Virus record (IMG/VR): IMGVR_UViG_3300025066_000021
Origin: an uncultured virus (IMG/VR IMGVR_UViG_3300025066_000021)
Lineage: Duplodnaviria > Heunggongvirae > Uroviricota > Caudoviricetes
Reading direction: 5' to 3' (one strand)
Length of the DNA stretch: 64,000 bases
Below the pieces are notes generated by a model that saw only the letters and a list, made by a program, of their open reading frames with translations, searched no databases and had not been told where the DNA came from. The number at the start of each line of letters is the position of its first letter. Position 1 is the stretch's first letter. This document shows positions 35,581 through 46,089 of this stretch, piece after piece. Made by a program: the position numbers and the translations under genes.

Positions 35581-36237
35581 AGAAACTAGTCTTAAACTAT
35601 TTTCAAGTTGAAACCATAGAGGAAGCTGAAAAGGCTTTATACGGTAGCACGGAATGCGGGGCTTGGTTAAAAATAACAAATACCAAAGAGCTTGGTCCCG
35701 TATTTTCTATGGGGTCAATCATTGAGGATTGTGAAGCTGAGGTAGGTCCCTATGAATGGGAGTATCTTCAACGAGGTAGCTATATTGAAGGTTTTAACAA
35801 ATGGGCAACAGAGACAATTGAGAATATCGAAAGTGAAGTAGATGAAATTCGACATAACCCAGATCTTTATGATCCAGAGTTATTAGAAGGGGAAATTCGA
35901 CAGGAAGAAATGGAGAATGTAGTTATGAACGAAAAAGACATACACGATAAAATAGCCAGCGGAGCATATGAAACCCTGATTCCTTACCCTGAAGGGGACA
36001 GGCAAGAAAACAGAGAAGAATTTCTAGCATTTCTTACTATTAGAAACAAAGATAAACGTGCATTAAATTTAGTTTTCAGAGCAGACCTGGAAAAAGTATT
36101 TCCCACAAAAAATCAGGATGTCAAAGATAATTTGTGGAGGTTAGCATGGGATAATGGACACTCCAGCGGGTTTACTGATATTCTTTATTGCTACAGCGAC
36201 TACTACGAAAATTTTGTTAAGCCTCTGGGAGGTTAGC

Positions 36238-36810
36238 ATGGAAATCAATCCTACTTGGTATACAAATGTACATGTACTAGGAGAATCCGTGATCACTGAA
36301 TACATAGATTTTAATACCAAAGAAATTCAAATAACCGAAACAGTTACTGGAGATACCAGAGTATTCGAAGATCTCAGGCTTCCCCGGCTAGGTCATGTGG
36401 ACACTGATGTTTATGTGAAAAATGTGTTAACCAAATCAATTAGAGTGTTACACGGGACTAATATCCTGGGTACTACAGAATATTCTTTGTTTACTGGTAA
36501 AGTGTTATCAGAAAAAACTGAGGATATAAAAACAGGTAAATTTATTTCCGAGGTAACTTATCTTTATCACAAAGGTTTCTTAACTGAGAAATCTAGTAAG
36601 GATTCCAGGGGGTTGAGATCTGGGGTCACAGAATATTTTGATGCTAAAGGTAACCTCATAAAGAAAACCGAATTCAAAGATGGCGTTCCTCATGGATTTA
36701 ATGTAGATTACAGGGATGAAGGATTTCCTGTTAGTTCTTGTAGAAATAATAATTTAGGAGAACCAGAGGAAATTCGTAGGTTCAGTAAAACAGGTCTAGA
36801 ATCGAAATAA
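36238..36810 (+). CDS. MORN-variant repeat protein
   Basis: GVTEYFDAKGNL..TEFKDGVPHG repeat pattern. Confidence 0.55.
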   Translation: MEINPTWYTNVHVLGESVITEYIDFNTKEIQITETVTGDTRVFEDLRLPRLGHVDTDVYVKNVLTKSIRVLHGTNILGTTEYSLFTGKVLSEKTEDIKTGKFISEVTYLYHKGFLTEKSSKDSRGLRSGVTEYFDAKGNLIKKTEFKDGVPHGFNVDYRDEGFPVSSCRNNNLGEPEEIRRFSKTGLESK

Positions 36811-37004
36811 AATTTGGTCGGGATGTTTCCCGGCCTTTTTTATTTCTATATAAAAAGCTTCTTGGAGTTACCTTATTCTATGAATCCAGGTCAACTCGTG
36901 TAAATTTCACCAAAAAAGATTTAAGTTCACTCGGTTATTCCCACTTGACCCGTTATCTCGAATACTAGATATGAGAAAGTCTATAATACCCAAAAATCTA
37001 TGGG

Positions 37005-37643
37005 ATGTCAGGAGGAAAAATGTGGTATAATAGAGATATGAGAATAACAGGATTTGCATATCTTTTGTTTACCGGCCTCTTGATTGCTGGCTGGTTTGTG
37101 GATCTACAATACATAAGCCTGATAACCCGAGAATTATACGAAGCTAATGGAGCGGGTATAATCTTGTTGCTTAGTGCTTTGGGTTATGTAGGGCTAAGAC
37201 TGATAAAAGATAAGAAGATAAGCGGGATAAGGAGACAGTTAATAGGGTTTGTCTTTTATCTCTCTTTACTGGGAGTCTTTCAGAGTTTAGGTATTTTTGC
37301 TGGAATTCTGGGAGTCTTTGTTCTTTCGCTTTTTTCTGGAGTAACAAAACTGGCTCTATTTTTTGCGATCCCGGTTTTGTTTTACATTTTAGCCAACCTA
37401 AAAGAGAAACAAAATTTTCAAGTCAGACTAGCCAGAACAAGAGCAAAACGAAAACAAGAAGAGCAAGCATATATAGAAAGGCGAATAGAACCCGTAAACT
37501 CAAAGAAGGAAGCTAGGGAAGAGGCTAAACGTGCCAAGGAAAGCAGGGCTTTCATGGATACCTTGTTAACACCGAAAACTGGCAGTCGAAAAACATCTAA
37601 GAATTATGTCTTACCTAGTGTGGATTTACTGGAGGAAAAATAA
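37005..37643 (+). CDS. membrane protein equivalent to FtsK N-terminal TM region plus linker (start possibly 37038)
   Basis: About 4 hydrophobic helices; ends in YVLPSVDLLE, the motif preceding the FtsK alpha domain. Confidence 0.65.
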   Translation: MSGGKMWYNRDMRITGFAYLLFTGLLIAGWFVDLQYISLITRELYEANGAGIILLLSALGYVGLRLIKDKKISGIRRQLIGFVFYLSLLGVFQSLGIFAGILGVFVLSLFSGVTKLALFFAIPVLFYILANLKEKQNFQVRLARTRAKRKQEEQAYIERRIEPVNSKKEAREEAKRAKESRAFMDTLLTPKTGSRKTSKNYVLPSVDLLEEK

Positions 37644-38704
37644 TGAGTATATTAAAAGAAATAGCAAAAGCTTTTTTTCATCACGGCGTGACTTTAGATC
37701 CTCATGACGAAATAGTAGGGCCTAGAGTTACTTTGTATAGATTTGTTCCGAGTCCTGAAACAAAGTTAGCAAAGTTAGTAAACCTAGAACTAGAAATCAG
37801 CAGGGCCATTGAAAGTTCAAAAGTTAGGATTATTCCTTTTATTCCTAATTCCAAATTTAGTGGTGTCGAAGTTCCTAATAAAGATTCTAAAATCGTAAGG
37901 TTCAAACAAATTGCGGAAAGGCTTCCCAAGAAGTCAGATTTAAAAGTTCCTTTAGGTGTTGATGTTCAAGGTAAGCTTCAATACATGGATATTTCTAAGA
38001 TGCCCCATTTACTTATTGCTGGTACTACAGGGTCAGGTAAATCTGTTTTTATCAATCAGCTCTTGGTATCTTTGTTGTATAAGCATACACCCGAAACTTT
38101 GAGACTTAGTTTAGTTGATCCAAAGCAAGCTGAATTCTATATGTATCAGGGTATACCTCATTTATACGGTGACGATGTTATAACCGAAATGAGTGAAACC
38201 GCTGGATTAGTTAGAAAAGCTGTAGCAGAAATGGAGAGCAGGTATAGCTTGTTCAAAGATTTGGAAGTCAGAAGCCTAGATGAGTACAACGGGAAGGCAG
38301 ACAAAGTTCTTCCTTACTACTTAATAATTGTGGACGAGTTTTCGGATATGATGGGAGCTTTCCCTAAACCAAGAGGACAGCAACATCCTATTGAGTCAGG
38401 AATTGTAAGAATCGCTCAGAAAGCTAGAGCAGTAGGAATTCATTTGCTACTTGCTACTCAGTCACCAAGAGCCGATGTTATGACCGGATTAATTAGAGAT
38501 AATGTTCCGAGTAGAATTAGTTTTAGTGTGGCTGACAGAATCGCAAGTCAAATTATACTAAAACAAAACGGGGCCGAGAATCTTTTGGGGAATGGCGATA
38601 TGCTTTACAAACCTGTAGGGCAACAAGAACCAACAAGAATTCAGTCATCATTTATTTCAAATGGACAAATTAAGACAATTACAGATTTTATCAAAAATCA
38701 ATAG
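37643..38704 (+). CDS. ftsK: FtsK/SpoIIIE DNA translocase motor (alpha-beta), no gamma domain
   Basis: GPRVTLY, GVEVPN, PHLLIAGTTGSGKS, LVDPK, IIVDEFSD, ARAVGIHLLLATQ, GAENLLGNGDML. Confidence 0.9.
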   Translation: MSILKEIAKAFFHHGVTLDPHDEIVGPRVTLYRFVPSPETKLAKLVNLELEISRAIESSKVRIIPFIPNSKFSGVEVPNKDSKIVRFKQIAERLPKKSDLKVPLGVDVQGKLQYMDISKMPHLLIAGTTGSGKSVFINQLLVSLLYKHTPETLRLSLVDPKQAEFYMYQGIPHLYGDDVITEMSETAGLVRKAVAEMESRYSLFKDLEVRSLDEYNGKADKVLPYYLIIVDEFSDMMGAFPKPRGQQHPIESGIVRIAQKARAVGIHLLLATQSPRADVMTGLIRDNVPSRISFSVADRIASQIILKQNGAENLLGNGDMLYKPVGQQEPTRIQSSFISNGQIKTITDFIKNQ

Positions 38705-38844
38705 AGGAGAACACAATGGATAAAATAGTTCTGGGTCTGACTAGAATTGCTACAATTGTGGATTATCACTTTCCACGCAGTCTATATAAAGATCGCCATT
38801 TAGTTATTAATCACCCGCCATTTAGATATTAATGAGGAGTTAGA

Positions 38845-39390
38845 ATGCACGTTCAAGTTGATTGTATATCAGAAGATAAATTACCTAATCCATATTTACA
38901 GGAGCAAGAGATAGAAGGCTTTCATAGGGATTACGTAGAATTCGATTTATCGGATTACCCGGAGTTTAGCCATGAGGAGTTTTTAACTTTTTTAGATGAG
39001 CACTTTGGAAGTAATAACTACAAGTTAGTATACGCTGATTTAGACCGGGCATTTGGAAATCTTAGTCATTTAGGAATTAAAAGAATCTTAGAAATAGCTA
39101 ATGGGTTCAACGAATTTGACGAGCTTCCTTGCAGTCACGTAATATTTGAATTATATCAGGGCTATTGCGATGATGATTTTGATGTTTTGCTAGAAGCTTT
39201 AAAAACTATGCGAACCTATGAAACCAAGGAGCAAGCAGGAAAAGAGTTGGCCTCAATTTATTATCCGGGTATCCCTGCGAACATAGAAGAATTTGTAGAC
39301 TATACTTTAATCTTTGACAAGATAAAGAAAGAAGATAGCCAACAAGTTTTTATAGGTGGATGTACTATTTACCAATTTTTTGTGCCCTAA
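38845..39390 (+). CDS. ArdA-like acidic antirestriction protein (divergent)
   Basis: Highly acidic; C-terminal IPxxIxxFVDY motif. Confidence 0.45.
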   Translation: MHVQVDCISEDKLPNPYLQEQEIEGFHRDYVEFDLSDYPEFSHEEFLTFLDEHFGSNNYKLVYADLDRAFGNLSHLGIKRILEIANGFNEFDELPCSHVIFELYQGYCDDDFDVLLEALKTMRTYETKEQAGKELASIYYPGIPANIEEFVDYTLIFDKIKKEDSQQVFIGGCTIYQFFVP

Positions 39391-40769
39391 TAAAAGTATA
39401 ATCTCACCTAATTATTCTCACTTGACCTAATATCTGGGATACTAGTTATATAAGGAGGCGTTATGCCACAAGAAAATACACCTGAAAAAACTTCAAAATT
39501 TGTTATGCAATTTTTGGTAAATAAAACTTCTAGACTTTCTATAGTTAAAGTGAGAAATCTCTGTAAAACAGACGAGTTTTTTGCTTTAACAACCACAGAA
39601 ATGAATAAGCTAGCCAAGAAACGAGGTTACAAGTTATCTCAAGGAAGAAAGTATTTCTCTCTTAAGCTTATAAGAACCCCTGAAGTAGAGAACAGTATTG
39701 GTGATAAGTACTTGAAACTTATTATTAAAACACTGGACGAGATGGGTGAGGAAAACACAGTAGGGGGCATGGGTGGTTATGAATCCGGATGGAATGAAGC
39801 TACTTTTAGACTTGATAATGTCTTGGATGAATACTACAGAGAAATGAGAGCCTTAGGAGGGTCTAATGGAGTCTGATGAAATACAATTTGCTAGACTGTT
39901 ATCTGAGATTTCTGAGAAAGCTGATTTGTCTCAAGAAATCCTGGAGGATATAGCTAATGCTATGGAGCTAGAAACCTGTGAGCTTCACTCTCTGTTTGTA
40001 CGGGCTTGGTGGAAATACGAAGACGCAAAAACAAAACATCTCACTTAATTTTTCTCACTTGACCTGATACCCCAGTTATTAATTATAAGGAGGAACAAAT
40101 GGAAATTACGATTAAAGATCAAAATTTAGAGTTGAGCATGTGGTTTTATTATTCTGATCCAGGTGACCCCATTATTTATAGGATCACGCAAAGCGAGGAA
40201 ATCGTTGAAGCCGGGGAGCTTCCTGAAACGTGGACAAGGCGAGGGTTCATAAGCTTTGTTAACAAGTATTCTCAAGAATACCTTGAGAAAGCACATATTT
40301 AAGATGAGTGTAAGATTAAAAGCTTTTAAAGCGGCCTCTAGACTCAGAGAAGCATTCGGCTACTTAAGGTGTAATGAATTAAACCACTCTAAGGGTACTT
40401 ACCATTCCATGGATAGCGTATGTCTCGCACAGGAGAAGATAGATGATGACCTCACTTTGATACATTACCATTTGAGAGAGCAAAAGTGTTCTAATAAAGA
40501 GATAGATTTTGCAGGAGGCTTACACGAACTTAGGGTGCTTCGTGATAATCTAGAAGAGCATACTAAGGAAACTTTTCAAAACTCTTTTAATTCCAGAGTT
40601 AAAGTTCTGCTTCAAACAGGAGTTCCAATGTTAGAAGCCAAGTTTAAGGCTTATTTAGAGTTGGAAAAAAACAGAACTCACGGAATTTATAAGCAAGAGC
40701 TATTTTATAGAAAAGCCTTAGAGCATGTTTTACAGTCTATTCAAGATGAACTAACCGAGGAGCTTTGAG

Positions 40770-42200
40770 ATGGAAAAAACAGTTACAATTCCGCCAGGAT
40801 TTTTTCTCAAGCACGTTAAAAATGTGTATTCTGATTTCACCACCGCATTAACACGGGAACTTGTTCAAAACAGTATTGATGCTGGGGCTACTGAAATAAG
40901 GCTCAATTTTAGTGACTCCGGCTATTCTTGCTGGGATAACGGTTACGGAATGAGCAAGCAGAGAATGGAAGAGGCCATGCTCACTATGGGTGGCTCTGTT
41001 AAGTCTGAAGGAAGCGTAGGCGGATTTGGTGAGGCCAAAGTTCTTTTACTCTTTGCTATGAAGAGCTTTACAATTAGTTCTAACGGAATAATGGCTACAG
41101 GACAGCAGTTACAATATAGCTGGTCTGAAGTAAAAAATACTGAAGGCACTCTTATTACTGGGGAATTCGGATATGATTCAGGGTTCTACGGGCATTCCAC
41201 GAGCGAAGTAGCAAAACGATTTATTTCAAAATGCGAAACTAAAACAAAAATTTATGTAAACGACGAGCTAATCCGGCAACCCAAGAATTCAGTATTTGTA
41301 GGAATGGTAGATAAGTTCGGAGTTATCAGAAAAAGAAAGTCTGAAGAAAGCTGCGGATCTATTTGGGTGAGACACCACGGGGTTTTCATGTTCGAGAGAT
41401 ATGTTGGTACGACTAAGGATCAATTTTCTCTAGACCTTTGTGACACCGTAGGAATGCTTAGCTCTAGTAGAGATGGCTTTAGAAAGTATAGTGCATCATC
41501 CAAATTCGATACTTTAATTCAGGAATTAATGATCGAGAAGAAAGTTAAGCCTAAACCTTCTTGCCCTAGAATATTCTTTGGTAAAAATGGAAAGCTTTCT
41601 ACTGTTAAAGAGAGTCCTATTTGTACCGTTGATATTCCGGGCTCAGCCCCAGAAAACTCAGTGCGGTTTTCTACGCTAGAAAAGTCCGAACCTGGAAATA
41701 CAGACCTAGGTTCCATGGGAAAAATGAGAAATTTAGTTGATGATATTATAGACAAGAAATCTTGCAACGATTTTCTTGTCGTACCCGGAGCAGATGATAA
41801 GATTCCTAGAAAGCTCCGTCCTGGAAATATGTCTAGGAAGCACGAAGAGCTAGCGCTACTCTGGAAGGCACTGATTATTAAGTGTATGGAGATCAACGAT
41901 ATTTCCGAGGTTTTCAGCATAGGTTTTACACTAGACCCCAAGGCAGCAGCAACAAGATTTGTCACCGAGAATAACGGGACATTTTATTTGATTAACCCAT
42001 TTTCTAGTTTATTCCAAGGCTCGTTAAGACAAAAGTTTTGGAGTATGTTAGTCGCTTGTACTCACGAGTTAGCTCATATCGACATAAGTTGGCATGACCA
42101 GGAGTTCGTTCAATCTCAAGAACGGCTTTTAACCAAAGTATTGAATACAGGTATTTCCCCTAACAAATTAATTAGTGCAGCCAAAAAAGATCGGCTGTAA
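40770..42200 (+). CDS. GHKL ATPase fused to C-terminal HExxH zincin-like domain
   Basis: RELVQNSIDAGA, DNGYGM and GGFGxAK; C-terminal THELAH...HDxxF. Confidence 0.8.
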   Translation: MEKTVTIPPGFFLKHVKNVYSDFTTALTRELVQNSIDAGATEIRLNFSDSGYSCWDNGYGMSKQRMEEAMLTMGGSVKSEGSVGGFGEAKVLLLFAMKSFTISSNGIMATGQQLQYSWSEVKNTEGTLITGEFGYDSGFYGHSTSEVAKRFISKCETKTKIYVNDELIRQPKNSVFVGMVDKFGVIRKRKSEESCGSIWVRHHGVFMFERYVGTTKDQFSLDLCDTVGMLSSSRDGFRKYSASSKFDTLIQELMIEKKVKPKPSCPRIFFGKNGKLSTVKESPICTVDIPGSAPENSVRFSTLEKSEPGNTDLGSMGKMRNLVDDIIDKKSCNDFLVVPGADDKIPRKLRPGNMSRKHEELALLWKALIIKCMEINDISEVFSIGFTLDPKAAATRFVTENNGTFYLINPFSSLFQGSLRQKFWSMLVACTHELAHIDISWHDQEFVQSQERLLTKVLNTGISPNKLISAAKKDRL

Positions 42201-42209
42201 GGAGTTAGC

Positions 42210-42842
42210 ATGAACACAGAAGAGATAGAGCAAGTTATTGATGCAGCCGAGTTATACGGAAAGCCTGTAATTTTAGACTTTCTAAAAATGGTGGAGAAAT
42301 ATGACCTGGAGAATTGGGGAATCCAAGACTTAGAAATTTACGGTGAAATCAAAGAAGCCGTGGCAAAACAGAATATTTATTATCTTGGTCTGGTCGAGTT
42401 GGACTGGAAACCTTTCTCAATTTTAAGAGCCATAGAAGTAATCGACTTCATAGACGCAACGGAAGGGCTCAAAGATAGCCTTAATGAATTGTCAGCACTT
42501 AACATTTTGGAAGTGATAAAATGTGTAGGGGATCAATCCGAGAAAACTCTAGAAGATTATGCCAACGTATTGATAAGCACCGCCGAGGATGCTGAAGCAC
42601 TAGCTGATCAGATAGACGTTTCGTTTGAAATAGCAATGCAGGCTTTAGATACTATGGATAATCCTGGTGAGTGTTATGCTGGAGAGTACTCTTGTGCTGA
42701 GGATTTCGGGAAAGCGCAAGCGGAAGCCATAGAAACGATTCCAGATAACTTAGAATTTTACTTTGACTTTACAAGATACGGGGAAGATCTAGCTCAAGAT
42801 TTTCATATTATTGACGACACCTACTACTTTAGAATGCAGTAA
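42210..42842 (+). CDS. ardA: ArdA antirestriction protein (DNA mimic)
   Basis: Very acidic; YAGEYxxxEDF...IPDNLEFYFDFxRYGEDL...YYFR. Confidence 0.75.
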   Translation: MNTEEIEQVIDAAELYGKPVILDFLKMVEKYDLENWGIQDLEIYGEIKEAVAKQNIYYLGLVELDWKPFSILRAIEVIDFIDATEGLKDSLNELSALNILEVIKCVGDQSEKTLEDYANVLISTAEDAEALADQIDVSFEIAMQALDTMDNPGECYAGEYSCAEDFGKAQAEAIETIPDNLEFYFDFTRYGEDLAQDFHIIDDTYYFRMQ

Positions 42843-42897
42843 ACAATTTCTACCGATATCTAATTGTTTTTCTCTATTGAAATAAGGAAAAACAATT

Positions 42898-43554
42898 ATG
42901 CTAAATTTTATTAAACAGTGGTTTACAAAAAAGGGTTCAGAACCAGAGAAATTAGAAGAACCAGAGAAATTAGAAGAACCAGAGAAATTAGAAGAACCAG
43001 AGAAATTAGAGAAAGAATGTTGTGTTCCATGCGCACCTCAATTCGCAGAACAGCTACCAAAAGAGTTCACTTTTCAACCCAAAAGCTGCTCAGCTCCTTT
43101 TAATATACTTATAGTTGATGACAGTAGAAGCGATATTTTTCTGTTTAAACGAGCTATGCAAGGGGTGATTGAAAGACTAAAATCAAAATTTTTGATTAAT
43201 GTTACTTCAGTTTCGGGAGGTAAGGCTTTATTTTCTCTTCTTAGAAATCTAGTTGATAATAAAAAGGAGCATTTACTCCCTGATATCATTTATCTAGATC
43301 TTAATATGCCTGTAATTAATGGCATGGAGTGTCTTAAGGTTTTAAAATCTATGGAAGGCTTTTCGTTAATACCTGTAATTATATTGACTACTTCAATAAG
43401 TCAAGACGACATTAATGCTGCTTGGTCGTTGGGATGTCAATCTTATCTGTCTAAACCTCTAGATTTAGATGGCTTTGACGAATTTTCAATATGGCAATTA
43501 AATTACTGGACTCAAGCAGTAACTCTCTCTACAAGACACCCGCTCCCAAGATAA
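42898..43554 (+). CDS. stand-alone response regulator receiver (Rcp1-like) with N-terminal repeat extension
   Basis: ILIVDD, PDIIYLDLNMP, IPVIILTTS, SYLSKP. Confidence 0.88.
   Translation: MLNFIKQWFTKKGSEPEKLEEPEKLEEPEKLEEPEKLEKECCVPCAPQFAEQLPKEFTFQPKSCSAPFNILIVDDSRSDIFLFKRAMQGVIERLKSKFLINVTSVSGGKALFSLLRNLVDNKKEHLLPDIIYLDLNMPVINGMECLKVLKSMEGFSLIPVIILTTSISQDDINAAWSLGCQSYLSKPLDLDGFDEFSIWQLNYWTQAVTLSTRHPLPR
42940..43011 (+). repeat. in-frame tandem repeat, 4 x 18 bp (EPEKLE)
   Basis: GAACCAGAGAAATTAGAA x4; the last copy ends GAG. Confidence 0.95.
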
Positions 43555-44068
43555 ATCCGTATTGACAACTAAATAAAAATCTAGTACTCTATAGAAAGGA
43601 GACTAATGAACTACGATTTTTACAACACCGTACAAACCAGTACACGAAAGTTTGTTGAACTAGAAACGGGGGAACTCTTCACGTTAACTAGATTCAATGA
43701 TATGTATGACCTTTCCGGCCAGTATTTCTTTGACTTGTATTCTAAAGAAGGACCTAGCACAATGAAGGTCTTGAGTTATCCCTTTCCAAAACCGACTTAT
43801 AAAGCTGGTGAGATGATTAACAAAATTCATCATACCCACGAAGTCTTTCCAATTAAACTTTTACTGATTAAACATAAGCTGTATGTTTATACATATAAAT
43901 TAGAAAATAATACTTACGGTTCGTGTTTTAATAAAACAGATATACCTAGTAATGCTGTGGAATCCAGTTGCAAAATCTTTGAATTTTCGGGTCCTATTCA
44001 AGATGGGTCAAGATCTTTTGAGCAATTGACTGAGTTACAAAAATTTATTGACCTAATTAAGGAGAATA

Positions 44069-44644
44069 ATGAAAAAAATACCCTTACTATTCTTGAGAAA
44101 TCCTGACAATTTGAGAGAGATATTTGATGTTCCTAATTCGTTGTGTCAATGGGTTTTTGATGGGGAAGGAGTAGCGACCAGAAAGTATGATGGAACTTCT
44201 TGCATGGTCAGAAATAATAAGTTATATAAACGCAGGGAAGTTAAGCCAGGAAGAGAAATCCCCGAAGACTTTATTCTAGAAGAATTTGATTCGGTAACGA
44301 AAAAATCTTTTGGTTGGGTTAGTGTCTGTGAAGATGATCCCCAAGATAAATATCATGTTACAGCGTTTCGAAATCTTCATGAGACCGGCATGGATTCAGA
44401 CGGGACTTACGAATTACTCGGACCAAAGATTCAAGGAAATCCAGAAAATATAAGGGTTGTTCATATTTTACTAAAACATTCCGAGGCTTTTATTTACGAC
44501 GACGCTCCTAGAACCTATTCTGGACTAGAAGAGTGGTTTAAAAATAAAAATATAGAGGGTTTGGTGTTCCACCATTCCGACGGTAGAATGGCCAAAATTA
44601 GACTTAAAGACTTTAACTTATCAAGAAAGGGCACTAATGAATAA
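44069..44644 (+). CDS. DUF5565/RLIG1-like RNA ligase
   Basis: ATRKYDGTSC (motif I Lys), DGTYELxGPKIQGNP, IEGLVFH, GRMAKI. Confidence 0.75.
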   Translation: MKKIPLLFLRNPDNLREIFDVPNSLCQWVFDGEGVATRKYDGTSCMVRNNKLYKRREVKPGREIPEDFILEEFDSVTKKSFGWVSVCEDDPQDKYHVTAFRNLHETGMDSDGTYELLGPKIQGNPENIRVVHILLKHSEAFIYDDAPRTYSGLEEWFKNKNIEGLVFHHSDGRMAKIRLKDFNLSRKGTNE

Positions 44645-45119
44645 AACCCCAGTTACTAAAGGCGAAGGATGGCAAACCGCTAGACTAAGGAAATCTCTTA
44701 GCGCTCCTATGAGAGCTATCCAAGAGTATGTTAATGATTTGGGATTGAGGTCTTATGTGACCTTGGACTACGGATGTGGCCGAGGCAGCGATGCTGATTT
44801 ACTCAATATGGATAAGTTTGATCCTAATTGGTTTGGACCTAATATCATTACCAGAGAAAACAGGGATGCTTCTAAGGGATATGACATTATCACTAACATC
44901 TATGTCTTAAATGTTATAAAAGACCCGGAATCCCGGTTAGAGGTCCTCAAAAACATACAAAACTTGTTGAGTTCTGATGGCATAGCGTTTATTGCGGTAC
45001 GAGACGACATTCCTGTAAACACAGATACTCAATTTATAGTTGAACCTGATCTGGATCTCATGGTTAAAGTATCCCGGAGATACAGGATTTATAGATTGGA
45101 TAAAACATGCGAACTCTAA
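44637..45119 (+). CDS. SAM-dependent methyltransferase resembling the MTase domain of TIGR04096
   Basis: TAxxRxxLSAPM, LDYGCGRGxD, FDPNW and YVLNVIxDxxxR motifs. Confidence 0.75.
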   Translation: MNKTPVTKGEGWQTARLRKSLSAPMRAIQEYVNDLGLRSYVTLDYGCGRGSDADLLNMDKFDPNWFGPNIITRENRDASKGYDIITNIYVLNVIKDPESRLEVLKNIQNLLSSDGIAFIAVRDDIPVNTDTQFIVEPDLDLMVKVSRRYRIYRLDKTCEL

Positions 45120-45417
45120 TATTATTTGTATTAATCTTTTTTCAAGGGGATTGTGGAGAAATTGTAAACGGATTTACTCCGTTAGTTCTGCATCCCCCGA
45201 CTGTCAAACTAAGTAAGTCGGTTTACCCTAGGCAGCACGTTGGAACTACCAGAGATCCTTTTCTGTGTTTACCAGATTACAGATACGTAGAAAGAACAGG
45301 ACCTGGATACAGATCTAAGTCTTGGAAACCAGTTTATTTTACTAAGCAGCAATACACTATGTATATAAAGCAGCAAACCACGGTGTGTTGGTTACCTGTG
45401 ATGACAAGGAGAACTGA

Positions 45418-46000
45418 ATGAAACACTTAAACATCCCTCATTCGGATCTATTCAAGCCGGTGTTTTACAGAACACCCGAGGACATTTTTTCGGAAGCGAA
45501 ACACCTGCCGATAAAACTGTGAGGCTTGTTATTAATAAAGCTAGTATTTCTAGTAATAGTGTTTTCAGTCACGTCTCTCCAGGAGATCAAGTTATAGAAA
45601 TAGAGATGACTGAGGACCAGTGGAAGAATTTGTTCTTTTTCCAAATCAAAGAATTACTCCGTGTACTATTAAGTGGACAGAAAAAGACGGAAGAATAGAG
45701 GACCCTCCGGAATCAGTCTTCAAATTGACAGAGTGTATCCGAGGATTGAAAAAAGCGTTGCGAGTATCCGAAAAAACAGGGGACATCGCTAAAAGCATTT
45801 TAAACGAGGAGGCCAAGGGCTTATCTGCTAAAAAGCGGGACAGTATTAAAAGAAAGCTTGGGCCTGTCGAATCATCTTTGACTAATAACGGAACTTTTTT
45901 TACTCAAGAAGTTATTAAAACTATTCTTTATCTTGTGGATAATACCGATCAAGAAACCCTGAAAACTTTTTTGGGAAAAGTACTTGACCAGAGTTCCTGA
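45418..46000 (+). pseudogene. frameshifted phage gene
   Basis: Frame HPSFG...FFGS...IEIEMTxxQW lacks an in-frame start and appears to continue in another frame (PCTI) after ~45620. Confidence 0.45.
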
Positions 46001-46089
46001 GTATGTTACACTTTAGATGTGCCTGAGATAAAGAGTTCATCCGGATTCTGATGTGTCTCAGGGATAAGGTAGGGAGGTTCCCTACCCAC

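Larger units (their letters stand above)
7492..40082 (+). promoter_or_regulatory. family of 22 plus-strand N12-type phage promoters (TTATTCYCAC-TTGACC-NNNTATCNNNNN-TAYTAN)
   Basis: TTGACC-like hexamer at 7502, 8374, 8819, 10744, 10827, 11315, 13740, 15362, 17097, 18979, 20522, 20611, 22239, 22957, 24446, 25174, 25899, 28421, 31454, 36945, 39422 and 40059; an RBS usually follows TAYTAN closely. Confidence 0.85.

Noticed and set aside
7492..40082. Treating the TTGACC motif as an ordinary sigma70 -35
   Set aside because: No -10 consensus 16-18 bp downstream; the conserved TAYTAN is at 12 bp
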